From Batkoa obscura (taxonomy: Eukaryota): a stretch of 64,000 nt of DNA. Below are positions 11,731 through 23,766 of the stretch, in pieces. Below the pieces are notes generated by a model. It was not told where the DNA came from. It did no database searches and saw only the letters and a program-made list of their open reading frames with translations. The stretch covers positions 310,001 through 374,000 of the forward strand of contig JASVEC010000018.1 in assembly GCA_030770535.1 (NCBI GenBank). The letters run 5' to 3'. The position numbers were made by a program, and so were the translations under genes. How positions within the stretch are numbered: the stretch's first letter is position 1; each line of letters starts with the position of its first letter.

Positions 11731-13228
11731 ATTTTTGTCAATAACATCAACTCAATCATTTAAACTAATTACTTGCGTCACAAATGTCAATATTCTTAGC
11801 TAATTTAAGAAATAAAGAAATATTTACCAAAAGCTTCAAATTTAAAAAAGAAACTATAGAGTAGAGCTTTTTAGCACTTACAAAATTATATATACAGTAT
11901 ATTATTCAAATTTTTTAAACAATTTTGACTAACCAAAACCTTATAGTCCTTTCTTAATTAGGATTAAAATTTAGTGATTCCACCAGTAATTAATGGTAAG
12001 TTTTTAGGCTATAAATTTAATATTTTAGTTTAATACACCTTTCTAACTAATATTTTTATTAGGCAAGCTATAACACAACTGAGAAATTAGAAGTAAAATC
12101 TTATAATGATGTAAGATAATCTCTAAAAAAATGGAAGGTTTTTAATCAAAAAAGAGGAGATAACTGGTTACTATATCAATTTCATATTTTCCTCTCAAGC
12201 ATTATTTTAATATTAATTTTTGTTGTTGCAATTCTTTACTCTTACAAGCCCTTAATCAGAAAATTTTAAATTTTATCAAAAGCCTCATTCTGAATGAATG
12301 AGATAAGACTAAGTGATTAAAGGTGGAAAAAAACCCAATAAAAGAAAACTATGTAGAAAAGACTTTTGTTGAGGTAAAAAAAATAGTAGAGGAAGAAAGG
12401 ATGCTGGGAGGAATAGAAACATTTGGCTTTGAAAAAGAGTTAGAAGTGGCTCCTTCAGATCATTTGATACCGACTCCCTAGGTAAGATTTAGAGCCCATT
12501 ACTGGCGAGCTCCTGAGCTACGACAAAGCACTTTCCACTCAGAAGAAAAAAATCCTAAACTAATTTAGAAATCATCTTATATTTAGAATTGTTTTAATTG
12601 ACTTTTTATAAGATGGTTTCAAAAATAACATACCTTTTTGAACTAATCAAGTCATTAATTTCAACAGCAAATACTTTTTATATGTAAAAGCAGAATGATT
12701 TTCTAGTAGAAAATAAACAAGCTGAAGTAAAAAGATTACTACCAAATTTCTCTTAGTTTGTTTAATTTCCTTTAATACTATAACTGTGATATAAAATTAC
12801 TGTACATTGTAATAAATATCTCATATTTTTGGAAAACAAAAAAACATCTGAGAATGTCTTTTGTATTTGGTATTTTATCTACTTTTATGCATAAAGCTGA
12901 AATTTCAATAAAATGACTTCTTATGAAAAAACATCTCTAAACGGAACGGTTTAATAGATTCTGTCTATTTATTGAATTTAAATGATCTATTAGCTAAATT
13001 ACAGTAAAAAAAGCATGCCTACATCTACATCTAAAAAGTAAAGGTAAAACTAAAAATTTTGAAGCGGAAATCTAAAATCGCTTATACCAAAATTTTGATT
13101 TTTTAGTCAACTTTGTATTACTTTGGACTAAAAATCATTACCTATATATTGAATTGAAAAATATCACTAAAACATGTTATAAACTACAAGATTTTATTTA
13201 ATTTTTAATATTACACTTTCAAGTTGTA

Positions 13229-13330
13229 TAGAGACGTATTTTTTGTTTAGGAATCTTACTGATACCCTTCTCGCTTAAATAGCGCTTAAAAAACGGAAAA
13301 GTAATAAAGCCAAAAAAGATACCTTACGCA
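13229..13330 (+). mobile_element. ~100-bp MITE family copy (diverged)
   Basis: Core aaatagcgcttaaaaaacggaaaagtaat. Confidence 0.75.
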
Positions 13331-13378
13331 TAGTTTAAAGGCTATGTTTGCAGTTTCACTTAATTTAAGGTATGGAAA

Positions 13379-15037
13379 TTATGCAGCTTTAGGGGGAGTG
13401 TACGCGTTCATGGTCTCTTTTGTACCAACACTTTCTGCAGGTTTCATTATATTCTTTACACTAGCTTCCTCTGGAGCTTTAACATCTGGCTTCATATCAG
13501 TACCTTTAGCTGCTTCTGGAGCTTTAACATCTGGCTTCATATCAGTACCTTTAGCTACTTCTGGAGCTTTAATATCTGGTTTCATATCAGCACCTTTAGC
13601 TACTTCTGGAGCTTTAATATCTGGTTTCATATCAGCACCTTTAGCTGCTTCTGGAGCTTTAACATCTGGCTTCATATCAGTACCTTTAGCTACTTCTGGA
13701 GTTTTAACATCTGGTTTCATATCAGCACCTTTAGCTGCTTCTGGAGCTTTAACATCCGGTTTCATGTAGCTTTCCTCTTTTTTAACTTCAGATGGGGCTG
13801 TCACTATAGGAACAGCTGATGAATTTCCAGGAGCTATATCAGGAAATTTTTCTGCTTCTGTAATCTCTTTTTCCATATCCTTTATTTTCTTGTCTTTTTC
13901 TGATAGTTTCATTTTCTCCTTTTCTTCACTTTCAAGGATAGATTTGCTTTCTTTATCTTGAGTTTCTTCAAGTTGTTTAGCTTCTTTCTCATGTTTTTCT
14001 TTCAATTGTTTGTTGTCTTTATTGCCATAGCTCTTAAGTTCTTTTTTATGTCTATCTTGTAATTCTTCACGTTCTTTTTTGTGTTTCTTTAATATTCTAT
14101 CAGCTTTTTCGTGGTTTGCTTTCAAAATTTCCTTTTCCTTATTAGCTCTTTCTCTAATTGCATTTGTTAACTTTTTATTGAGCTCCCTTAGTTTATTTTC
14201 CTTATTTTTCTTTTCTCTTTTAAGGTTTTCTGCTTGTTCTGCTAGTCTTTTCTTTTGTTCTTCTTTTTCTTTTCTTTCTTTAGCTGCCTTTTCCTTATCT
14301 TCCTTTGCTTTGTCTGCTAGCTGTTTGAGTTTAAGCTTTTTACTCTCTAAGTTATAAGCCCCATCTTTGTCTTTAGGGACATCTTTGAGCACAGTTAGCT
14401 CCTCAATTTTTTGTTTTAGTTCATAGGCAAGATTTTCTTTTTCTTTGACCTCTTCACTAATTTTATTCAAGTATTTTTTTCTCTCTTCTGAGTCTGATTC
14501 AGATTCTTTAAGCTTTGCTTCCAAATCTACAATAGCTTCACGGTGTTCCTCTATTTTTTTCTTAATTGTTTCTGTTCCAGAATCGGATTCATCTGAACCT
14601 TCGAGTTCTTTGATTTCATCCTCATGTGCTTTGATTTCCACTTCATACTTTATCAACTCGGCACTTAACTCAGCTAATTCATCAGTAGATTCACCTTCCT
14701 TTTTTTCTGGAACTGCATCCGACGTTGAATATGATGAATTCGGAAGGCCTTTTGGATTACCAGCATCCGTTGAATCATTTGGAATCATAGCGGTGCCTTT
14801 ATCACCTTTTTTAGTCTCAGTTACTTCTACTGTTGGCTTTTTTTCTGGCACTGCGGCTTTTACAGGTAAAGCTAATGGGTTTGGTACCAGTCCTTCAACC
14901 TTTGCCAAAATACCAGCACCTTGAGCTGCTGGTTTAGTATCAGTAGTTGCTGTACCATCGAGCGGTAAGGAAAAACTGGCATTTAGTTGAAGTAAAGTGA
15001 CTAAAACTGCTACAATTGGGTTTGTATTTGCTTTCAT
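13379..15037 (-). CDS. Secreted coiled-coil protein (552 aa), paralog of 6694..11469, with C-terminal 15-aa repeats
   Basis: Similar signal peptide; coiled coil nearly identical to the second copy in the 1591-aa gene; MKPDVKAPEAAKGAD repeats. Confidence 0.85.
   Translation of the reverse strand: MKANTNPIVAVLVTLLQLNASFSLPLDGTATTDTKPAAQGAGILAKVEGLVPNPLALPVKAAVPEKKPTVEVTETKKGDKGTAMIPNDSTDAGNPKGLPNSSYSTSDAVPEKKEGESTDELAELSAELIKYEVEIKAHEDEIKELEGSDESDSGTETIKKKIEEHREAIVDLEAKLKESESDSEERKKYLNKISEEVKEKENLAYELKQKIEELTVLKDVPKDKDGAYNLESKKLKLKQLADKAKEDKEKAAKERKEKEEQKKRLAEQAENLKREKKNKENKLRELNKKLTNAIRERANKEKEILKANHEKADRILKKHKKEREELQDRHKKELKSYGNKDNKQLKEKHEKEAKQLEETQDKESKSILESEEKEKMKLSEKDKKIKDMEKEITEAEKFPDIAPGNSSAVPIVTAPSEVKKEESYMKPDVKAPEAAKGADMKPDVKTPEVAKGTDMKPDVKAPEAAKGADMKPDIKAPEVAKGADMKPDIKAPEVAKGTDMKPDVKAPEAAKGTDMKPDVKAPEEASVKNIMKPAESVGTKETMNAYTPPKAA
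13455..13770 (-). repeat. 45-nt coding tandem repeat (6 full units plus 1 partial)
   Basis: ctggagctttaacatctggcttcatatcag units. Confidence 0.9.
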
Positions 15038-15886
15038 TTTCTAATAATCTATTTTGATAATTTTAAAAGGTTAGCACCTTGGTTCGTACTATTTATAGCC
15101 GATAATCGATAAACATTATGAAATTGGTTTGTGTTTTACGTAGGTGATATAATATATAAAATCCAATCTTATCATCAAACGATACTATGACTATCCTTAT
15201 GTAATTTTAACTAGAGATACCTTTATTACCTTCAAACTTTCGCTTGTTGATCTTTAAGAAATTCAGACCTATATTTGGATAATTAAAAATTTTAAATTAT
15301 TAAAATCTTTTTTGCCACTAATCATAGTAAATGAAAAAAATAGTTGGCCACTAACATAAATTAATTTAAATACCAATTAATAGAATTTAAAATTTATATA
15401 ATTTAAAAACTTGAATAATATTGTGGCTATCCCTTTGTTTAACTTTTGATAATCGCAGTATAATTAAAAAAGAATGAAATAATTGAAGTTCAGAAATGAA
15501 ATATTGATGATTCTATAGCGTGTGATCTAAGTAAATAAAAATGCAATCTGAAGCAACTAATAGTAAATATTATGTCAATGTAATATTAATAAATACTATA
15601 TTTATTTGCTTTGGGCAATAAATTATTATTAAAACTATAATTCTTACTGTAATTTTTAAAATTTGATGGTTTATAAAATGTGATTATTTTTAATTAGACT
15701 AAATCAATGACCAGATGTAAAGTCTTGGTGTAAGCACTTCAAGTTGAGAAGCATGCTTTCAAAACGATTTATTAAACCTTTTAATATCATAAAACAACTC
15801 ACTGATAACACTTATATAACTTAATTAATTCAAGTATTTCAATTATTTGGAATTTTAGTTACATAGTGGTTAAAATGTACCAAAAA

Positions 15887-15988
15887 TAGGCGGATGATTT
15901 TTTTGGTTTCACCACTTTTTCCATCTTTTAAGTGCTATTTAGCAGAAAGGCTGTTAGTAAAATTCTTAAACGGAAAAATACATTACCA
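15887..15988 (-). mobile_element. ~100-bp MITE family copy
   Basis: Matches consensus; shares a TA with the next copy. Confidence 0.75.
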
Positions 15989-15990
15989 TA

Positions 15991-16091
15991 TGGGAGTGTT
16001 TTTTTTTACTTCATTATTTTTTCCATTTTTTAAGCACTATTTAAGCGGAAAATTTGTTAGTAAAATTCTTAAACACAAAAATACATCCCCA
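15991..16091 (-). mobile_element. ~100-bp MITE family copy
   Basis: TA|TGGGAGTGTTTT...AAAAATACATCCCCA|TA. Confidence 0.9.
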
Positions 16092-16492
16092 TATACTAAT
16101 TTCAATAAGTATTTTTAAATACTCATTGTCAACATTAAGTTGGGTCTTGAATTAATGTCTTATTTTTATTTCTATTTAACTAATATAATTAGAGAAATTA
16201 CGTAACAAAATTTTTCTGACCTTGAAATAAAATCCATTAGACGAAAGTATTTTTCTGGAACAATGCATTATTAAACTTTAACTTTAAATTATGAGCTTGC
16301 TTTTTAAATATACTATATGCACGACACAAATATAATACCTTGAAAAAAACTTAAAGCTCAAATATGATATCATTTGATAAGATTCAACATGATATGTCCA
16401 ACTTACCTTTTACTTCCTCTCCCTTTCAATAGAAGGGTATAGTTTAAAGCTGCGATTTTTGATAGCGAAAGCGTTAACTTTTAATACACATA

Positions 16493-16591
16493 TGGGGATG
16501 TATATTTGTGTTTAAGGATTTTGCTAACAATTTTTCCACTCAAATAGCGCTTAAAAGATGGAAAAAGTAATGAAACCAAAAAATATCACCA
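16493..16591 (+). mobile_element. ~100-bp MITE family copy
   Basis: TA|TGGGGATG...ATCACCA|TA. Confidence 0.9.
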
Positions 16592-16710
16592 TATAAAATA
16601 ATCAAAATTTAATAATAATGTAAATTCAATATTTAAGGATAAATATTAATTTTTAAGAGATTTATAAGTATCAAAAAAGTAATAAGAATTTAAAGTTTGG
16701 ATTAACAATA

Positions 16711-16810
16711 TGGGGCTGTTTTTTTTGGTTTCATTATTTTTCCGTTTTTTAAGCGCTATCTGAGTGGAAAATTTGTTAGTAAAATTCTTAAACACAAAAA
16801 TACATCCTCA
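16711..16810 (-). mobile_element. ~100-bp MITE family copy
   Basis: TA|TGGGGCTG...CATCCTCA|TA. Confidence 0.9.
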
Positions 16811-16870
16811 TATGTAGATAGAACATATAGCTATTTATTTTAACCTGAAAGCCTTTAATTCACCACAGAT

Positions 16871-17416
16871 TTAAGAGGTCCCAGGTTGTGCAGCAGCTTG
16901 ATTAGGACTAGGGCTGTCTATCTTAGCTGGCTCGATCTTCGTTTCAGGTTTTTTATTTGGATCAGATATCGGTGAGCTCGCATCAGCTGCTTTTTTCCCT
17001 TCCTTTTCTAACTCTTTTATTTTTCTCTCGAATTTTTCAATTTTTTCTTTTACTTTTTTCTCTATTTTTATTTTGTTTTCTTGCTTTTTTTTATCCTCTT
17101 TTTCTTTTTTCTTTAATTCTTTTGCTTTCATTGTCTCACGTCTTTTTTGTTCTTTTTCTGTATTACTAATTTTACTGGCTTTAGGTTTTGTTGCTTTGAT
17201 TTGTTCTTTGCCTTTTTCAGCTTCTAAGCTGGGTGGAGGTGCTTCCACTACTGGTGATGAGGAAGGTGGGGCTCCAGAAACTGGTGTAATAGCATCGCTT
17301 TTTTTCGCTGCCACTTCATTACCTGATGCGGGAGTATTATCACCAGCTAAAGGAGATGCAAAAGTACTTTGAAGTAAGCCTAGAATAATAATATTAGCAA
17401 TTGAATTAGCTTTCAT
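16871..17416 (-). CDS. Small secreted Lys/Glu/Pro-rich protein (181 aa), probable distant member of the same tandem family
   Basis: MKANSIANIIILGLLQ signal peptide resembles MKANTNPIVAVLVTLLQ; charged helix; same strand and adjacent. Confidence 0.7.
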   Translation of the reverse strand: MKANSIANIIILGLLQSTFASPLAGDNTPASGNEVAAKKSDAITPVSGAPPSSSPVVEAPPPSLEAEKGKEQIKATKPKASKISNTEKEQKRRETMKAKELKKKEKEDKKKQENKIKIEKKVKEKIEKFERKIKELEKEGKKAADASSPISDPNKKPETKIEPAKIDSPSPNQAAAQPGTS

Positions 17417-17593
17417 TTTCTTGTCTATTTAGTTTAGTTTAGTTTAAAAGCTAAATTCTCTCAATTTATATTCGACTTATGATGTTTTTTGACTATTGAT
17501 TATCAATCGAAATAAATTTAATATACTGCAAGTCATCAATTTAGTTACAATTAAGGCTGATTGAGATTTCATAAGCTATCATCTCTTAACATA

Positions 17594-17776
17594 AACTATT
17601 TTACAGCTGTTACAGCTCTTTTTCGAAATAGTTAAGGTAACTTCTAGAGCTAGATATTCATCTAATTGGTTTTTCTAAAGCATAGCCTTCGTATTAGATT
17701 AAATTTTAGCAAAAAAAATACTTTTAATGAACAATTAGGCATTTTGAAAAAGAGCTGCAACAGCTATAAAGTGGTT
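17594..17776. mobile_element. Foldback/MITE-like element with ~40-bp imperfect terminal inverted repeats
   Basis: aactattttacagctgttacagctctttttcgaaat matches the reverse complement of attttgaaaaagagctgcaacagctataaagtggtt; inner pair gctagatattcatctaat / attagattaaattttagc. Confidence 0.6.
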
Positions 17777-18308
17777 GTTTTTTTAAAGCTCATAACGAAG
17801 CTGCGTTTTTGCAAAAAGGAAGAAACACTATTGTAGAGAAAAATTAAAGGCCAAGCTTTAGATCAATGAAGAGACAGTAAATTCCAAACTAAGGTTTTTG
17901 ACTGTGTTTCATTAGATTAGCTTATTCTGATTTTTTATAAATTATAGTATCACATTACTTCCTTATAAAAGCTTACTAATATATAGTATAATGAGGTGTG
18001 TAAATGAGGAAACAGAATCCCCAAACTAGTAAAAAATTACGATTTTGAAGTAGTTTTATATGGAAAAGAATTAATATGAGCCGGTATACAAATGAGTATA
18101 CAGTATACTGCTCGAATTGAATTTTTTGTACCACAATATTTTGTTTTAAAAGTTTAGAAAAATTAGTATTGAATAAAACTTCAATAATTTTACAAGATTT
18201 AACCTTACAATAGCGTTACACTTTAATCTTTGATTCCAGATTATTTGTTAGAAACTAAAATTAATTTTATTCAAAATCAACTTTAGCTTTATCGTTATAA
18301 CTACTATA

Positions 18309-18407
18309 TAGGGGGTGTTTTTGGGTTCACTACTTTTTCAATCTTTTAAGCACTATTTGAGCGCAAAGATTGTTAGTAAAATTCTTAAATACAAAAATAT
18401 ATCCCCA
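18309..18407 (-). mobile_element. ~100-bp MITE family copy
   Basis: Matches consensus with TA flanks. Confidence 0.85.
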
Positions 18408-18483
18408 TATATTAAATACACTGTTCAAATCAAGATTTCAAAATCTTAAACTCAATTCTTAGTAAGTGTTCCTAGAAAATAAT

Positions 18484-18574
18484 TGAGGGGTGTTTTTTTG
18501 GTTTCATCACTTTTTCCATTTTTTAAGCGCTACTTAGATGGAAAAATTGGTAAAATCCTTAAAATACATCATCA
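18484..18574 (-). mobile_element. MITE family copy with internal deletions
   Basis: tgaggggtgtttttttggtttcatcactttttcc. Confidence 0.75.
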
Positions 18575-18915
18575 ATTCTTTTTTACCCCACCATAGTTTA
18601 AGGAAAAGACAGTTTTGAAATTTGATTAATTTTTTGATTTCATAAGCACTCTCCTCCTGATATGCATTTTCTAAAAGATCAATTATTTCATTATTAAAAT
18701 TTTAAAGCTTTGTATTTGCTACAATATATATCAATTATTTAAGCGGATCTTAGCTTTTGCCTTTGTAATAGTAATTAACTAAGATGTAGCTTTATGTATA
18801 TGTTATAAATAGGTTGGCATCAACGCTATAAAATACAGTATTTCTACATTTTCGTTTTCCACAAAATGATAAAACTAAAATCTACCAAGCAGTATTTCAA
18901 AACTTGATAAGGATA

Positions 18916-19014
18916 TGGGAGTGTTTTTTTAACTTCATTATTTTTTCCATTTTTTAAGCACTATTTAGCGGAAAAATTGTTAGTAAAATCCTTAGACACA
19001 AAAATACATCCCCA
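18916..19014 (-). mobile_element. ~100-bp MITE family copy
   Basis: TA|TGGGAGTG...CATCCCCA|TA. Confidence 0.9.
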
Positions 19015-20205
19015 TATATTATTTAAAAAATTCGATAACATTCCTTTCACAATAACGATCGAAAAATGGAAAATGTGATGAAATTAAAATGATATCCCCA
19101 TGTTCTATTTGAGAAAGTATGAATTTAATTTACTAAAACTCCCGTCTATTAAAGAAAATAGTTTCCTATTTTGATATGTTATTATGTTGCTGCATTGAAC
19201 AATACCATACATAAATTTTTCACTTTTAAATAGTCTTTTTACAAATATATTATGAGTTAGCTTATATCAAATAGCAAAGAACCAGACCAGTCTTAAAACA
19301 CCCAGTATACCAAGTTATAAGAATGTAGCATTGTTGATATTTTAACTCTGGGGAATACTTTTTATTTAACTATATTTAGGCCTTAAAGTTTAAGCTTTAT
19401 GTCATTATCCTGCTCTATATAATTCTTAAAATAATTTACACAATCATTAGAGTTAGTTTTAAATATGACTTAAACTAAACAGTGTGTATAATCTTAACAT
19501 TTATGTGTCTAAGACTATTTATTTTTGAAAAGTATCAAAAAGTAAATAATAGCTTGATCTACTATTATTCAACTTATACAAGTTAGTAGTTAAATAAAGG
19601 CTACTATGAATATACATTTTCTATCTTTGAGACAGCTTCAAAACAACTATTTGATTAAAGGAAAAATAAGTCAAAATTTAGAACAATTTTATTCAATAGT
19701 AACAAAACTTTTAGTAAAACTCCCGTGTAATACTGGTTTCAAAATTAATTTATCTATTAAACGTAAAAACTTAAAAGAGGAAATAGAAATAATGTAAGGG
19801 GTAAGCTTTGAATATAATGCAAAAAAATTATTACTTCATTATATTCAACCACAATACTTGTTATATTATTTAACAAATGCTATGTCTGGATTTTATTTTG
19901 AAGATGTAATTTAAACTGGAGCCATTGTAGTGTAAAATATATTAATTAGTCTAGGATGGTATTACAACATTCCGAGTTTTGACTATACTTACCTTATGTT
20001 TATTTTATTCATTCAAAAATGCTACTATTAGGATAATTTAAATATCAATTTTCTTATATAATTTGATTGTTTGATAAACTAAATATTGTATAAGTAAAAG
20101 TTATTACATAGCAATATTTAACTTATAAAACCATCCAACTATATAAGAAAATTTAGATCTCAGCTATTTTAACAATAGCGATTGATGATTTTATTTTTAA
20201 TGATA

Positions 20206-20267
20206 TGTGAATGTATTTTTATGTTTAAAAAATTAGTAAAATTCTTAAGTGCAAAAATACATCCCCA
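20206..20267. mobile_element. Short MITE derivative with two left ends
   Basis: atgtatttttatgtttaa ... ttcttaagtgcaaaaatacatcccca. Confidence 0.6.
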
Positions 20268-20602
20268 TATCGTTCATACTCAAATATTAATTCAAGGAGT
20301 ATACTTCGATTATGATGAGCCGCAAACTAGTTAATAATATAATCGTTTTAAATCTAGAAAAAGTAGCAAAATATTTTCAATAACCCTTTCTTTGAAGTAT
20401 AGTCAAAATTTGCTCTGGTTGGATTTTATCTAATTAGTTAGTCTTCAAATATCTCAAGTTGTAAATACTTATATTAGCTACAAGTCTAATGTTTATTTAT
20501 TAAAAGCAATAGGTTATTAAAAATTAAAAAACTATCCTGTTCAAAATTAAGTTTATTTACTGCTCTATAGATATAAATGCTACAATTTGAATAATGCTCA
20601 GC

Positions 20603-21484
20603 TTATAAAAAGTCTTCTGTACAATAGGCGCAAGGTTCACCAGTCGATTCAACCCATTGGCAATGAAACCTCAAATTACTACTTGTATTTGATAGGATTT
20701 TTAGATTATTGGCCTCAATAAAAGTGGCTCTTTCTTGTTTAACATACATACATGCTTGGTTAACTAATTCATAAATTCTACTTTCGAATTCGTTATTTGT
20801 TCCTACTCCCTGCCATCCCTGTAAATTAGGGTATAAGCAGTATTCGCAACAGACTTGGTCATTGGTATTATTGCAAGAATAGCTGTTTATATCTGAGTCT
20901 TCTTTATGCTGACTACATTGCAACATCGAACATAATTTGCAGCATTGATTAGACCCCCTTGGGTAATAAGAGTAGCAGTCTTCTTCGGTTAAATTTCTTA
21001 AATTTTTTAGAGTTATATTGATTTTATACTCCTGTTGAGAATCATCATCTGAATTTACAATATATAATAAAGTTGGTTTTTCTAATGTAATCACTAAACC
21101 AAGGCTCCACATATGTTCAGCTCTTACTTGAGAAATAGATGATTGCATATTTTCTTGATCTAATGGAGCATGAGGATGATAATGTTCAACATAAACACCT
21201 GGAACGATTGAAGTTAACCAGCCATCATAATCATTTGGAGAATTAATAGGCAAATAAGTAATGTTTTTGAGCTTTTCATTTTGGTTTAGAGGTGTTACTT
21301 TAAACTGATGTTCCATATCAATGCTAGAGTTTAATTTAAAGGCATCCAAAATCAAAACGTGTAATTGGTTTAAAGTAAAGCTAGATAAAACAGAAATGTT
21401 TTTTTTGATATCGGAGTTCTCTAAAGTACATTCTAATTCCATAGCAATGGTTGAGTTGTTAAAATTGTTGTCTAAAGTCATCAT
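20603..21484 (-). CDS. Hypothetical protein with pRiA4b-ORF3-like N-terminal motif and Cys-rich C-terminus
   Basis: TLNQLHVLILDAFKL...EHQF; C-terminus CQWVESTGEPCAYCTEDFL; paralog of 25301..26083. Confidence 0.65.
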   Translation of the reverse strand: MMTLDNNFNNSTIAMELECTLENSDIKKNISVLSSFTLNQLHVLILDAFKLNSSIDMEHQFKVTPLNQNEKLKNITYLPINSPNDYDGWLTSIVPGVYVEHYHPHAPLDQENMQSSISQVRAEHMWSLGLVITLEKPTLLYIVNSDDDSQQEYKINITLKNLRNLTEEDCYSYYPRGSNQCCKLCSMLQCSQHKEDSDINSYSCNNTNDQVCCEYCLYPNLQGWQGVGTNNEFESRIYELVNQACMYVKQERATFIEANNLKILSNTSSNLRFHCQWVESTGEPCAYCTEDFL

Positions 21485-22710
21485 ATATATTTTCTTTAAA
21501 TTTAAGATTTATTTGTTAGTTTTAAACCGGTAAAACTCTAGTTTTGAATTTGATACGCTTTTAAATAATAGGATTAATTTTAAATTAGAAAGAGTATTTT
21601 GCCTCTATTTATATTTAATCAAAATGGTGGACTAAAGGTTAATTTAAAAAATTACTACACTGTTTTAAGCTTAACTTTGTGGAGAGAAAGACATGTAAGT
21701 TGAAATCCATCAATAAAGCATTAATTAAGAAGGCTTGGGAATTCCCAAAAAAGGTTAGTTAAATTTTATTTCAACGTTAAACATTGAAATAGGGAAACAA
21801 AAACCTAATCAGCATAAACTAAATCAAATGATTCTCCATTAATACCCCGTTGGTTATAAATTTGTAACTTTATTCTCTCTTTACATATCACTAGAATAAC
21901 GGGTATGATCTTTTCAGTATAGTCTTTATTATAGATAGGGGTATTTCAAACTAGTTTAGATTAGTGAGATTTTAGTCTCAGAAGTTTTAATATCTGATAG
22001 CTAAGTAATTTATATGATCTAAAATATAATCGCAGGCAATCATTGATTCTAGATACTATTATCTAACTTAATAAAGGTATATTTGAATTAATTTATTATG
22101 TTTAGTTGTGTAGAATCATGACATTAATTTTACTATTTCTTTTTATGAGTTTTAATAACTACTAATATACAACTACTTCTTCACCCTTACTTTCTATTGT
22201 GTCTAATGAAATCTGAACTACTTTTTCACACTCTACTATATTGATATATATCTAAACACATAATGTTTCAGATAAATATCTTTTACGCCTAGATCGTGGG
22301 GCTTTTTGTTTATTTAGTGTTTAATCTCGCCTTTTTTGCAAAATTTTACAGCAAGAGATTTAGCTAAATACGTTTATATTTTATTTTGAAAATTATGTTG
22401 TATTCATGTTGTTCATGTCTTTATCTATAAAAATCGAAAACGTGGTCTCTATTTTAGGGGTAGATATTTTAAACAAAAAACTCATATTGTAAACTTATAC
22501 TCAATTGATCAAATTGTAGCGACTATTTGTAAAGCAATTTTTCAAGGTAGAGTGTTTGTATTAGGATTTACAGTGTTAAATTACGTTGAGCTAAAATATC
22601 CCTTCAAAGACAGTATTACTAAACCAATGATAGTATTGTATAAGGTAGTTTCTAAAGTGATCCAAGATTTTTGATTCAATAAAAAGTAAGGATTTAGCTA
22701 CAATAACATT

Positions 22711-22809
22711 TGAGGATGTATTTTTATGTTTAAGAATTTTACTAACAATTCTTCTACTCAAATAGCGTCTAAAAGATAAAAAAGTGATGAAGCCAAAAAA
22801 ACATCCCCA
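22711..22809 (+). mobile_element. ~100-bp MITE family copy
   Basis: TGAGGATGTATTTTT...ACATCCCCA. Confidence 0.85.
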
Positions 22810-23523
22810 TTTGTTCTATTTTTTTCTTAATTAAGATTATTTTACACTCAACCTTCATGTTACAATTTACCATCCTTACCAGATCCTTTATGAAAAATTT
22901 TCAATTAAATTAGTTAGGGCTGCTTAAATTTAAATGTGCAATCTCTGTTCATTTATTAATAATTTTAGCATCAAGCAGCAAATCACTGCAACAGTATAAA
23001 TTCTTGGTTATAAAACACATCGCTATACAGCGCATGCCTGGACTCAAATATTCAAATCAAACATTTTATAACTTTACCTAAGTTAAACAATATTCTATGC
23101 TATATCAAATGCTTGAAGTGATATTACTGATGTATTTTAAATTTACTTTTTCCTACATAATTTAAAATTTCGTAACTTAAATGTTGTCATGCAATTAGTA
23201 AAGTCTGTCACATATCAAGCTTTACTTTATTTAATCATCAAGTCATATAGGGAAAATCATCTCTAAATTATATTAACAGTGATGATTAATGAGTAACTAG
23301 AACAACTCAAATATAGTAACATGTCCGAAAACTTACAGAAGTATTTATTATGTTATATTTTTAATTTAAATGGTTATATCAAGCTCAAGTTGGGATTTTA
23401 GCCTTTAGTTAATAGCAATTGTATTATTAGACCATCTAATTACTTTGTTTAGTTAATTGAAAAGGTGAAAAAGCTAAAAGAGTATATAAATTCAGAAAAA
23501 AATTATAATTAGATAGTAAAATA

Positions 23524-23766
23524 CAGGCTTTTTAACTCTACTCAGCTGTCTCAAAAAAAACTGAATAAGCTGAAATTTTTTAACAATTTAATTTGAAATC
23601 GTACAAAAAATAAAATAGCAAAACAAAAATTGTTGAGACCCTAACTATAAGTAAATAATTTCTATCACAACATTTTATTCTTACTTTTAATTTTGTTGTC
23701 AAGAAAATTTTACTTCAACCTGCTCTATTTTTTTTGAGACAGCTAAATAGGCGTTTGAAAAATCTG
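23524..23766. mobile_element. Tc1/mariner-type MITE (TA|CAG...CTG|TA), ~243 bp
   Basis: Left end caggctttttaactctactcagctgtctcaaaaaaaa matches the reverse complement of right end ttttttttgagacagctaaataggcgtttgaaaaatctg; TA on both sides. Confidence 0.65.

Noticed and set aside
12290..12560. Purine-rich coding-like fragment between secreted genes 1 and 2
   Set aside because: Interrupted by stops with no recognisable motif; cannot be assigned.
9317..17372. Several Phe/Leu/Ser-rich + strand ORFs
   Set aside because: Antisense to the K/E-rich coding regions.
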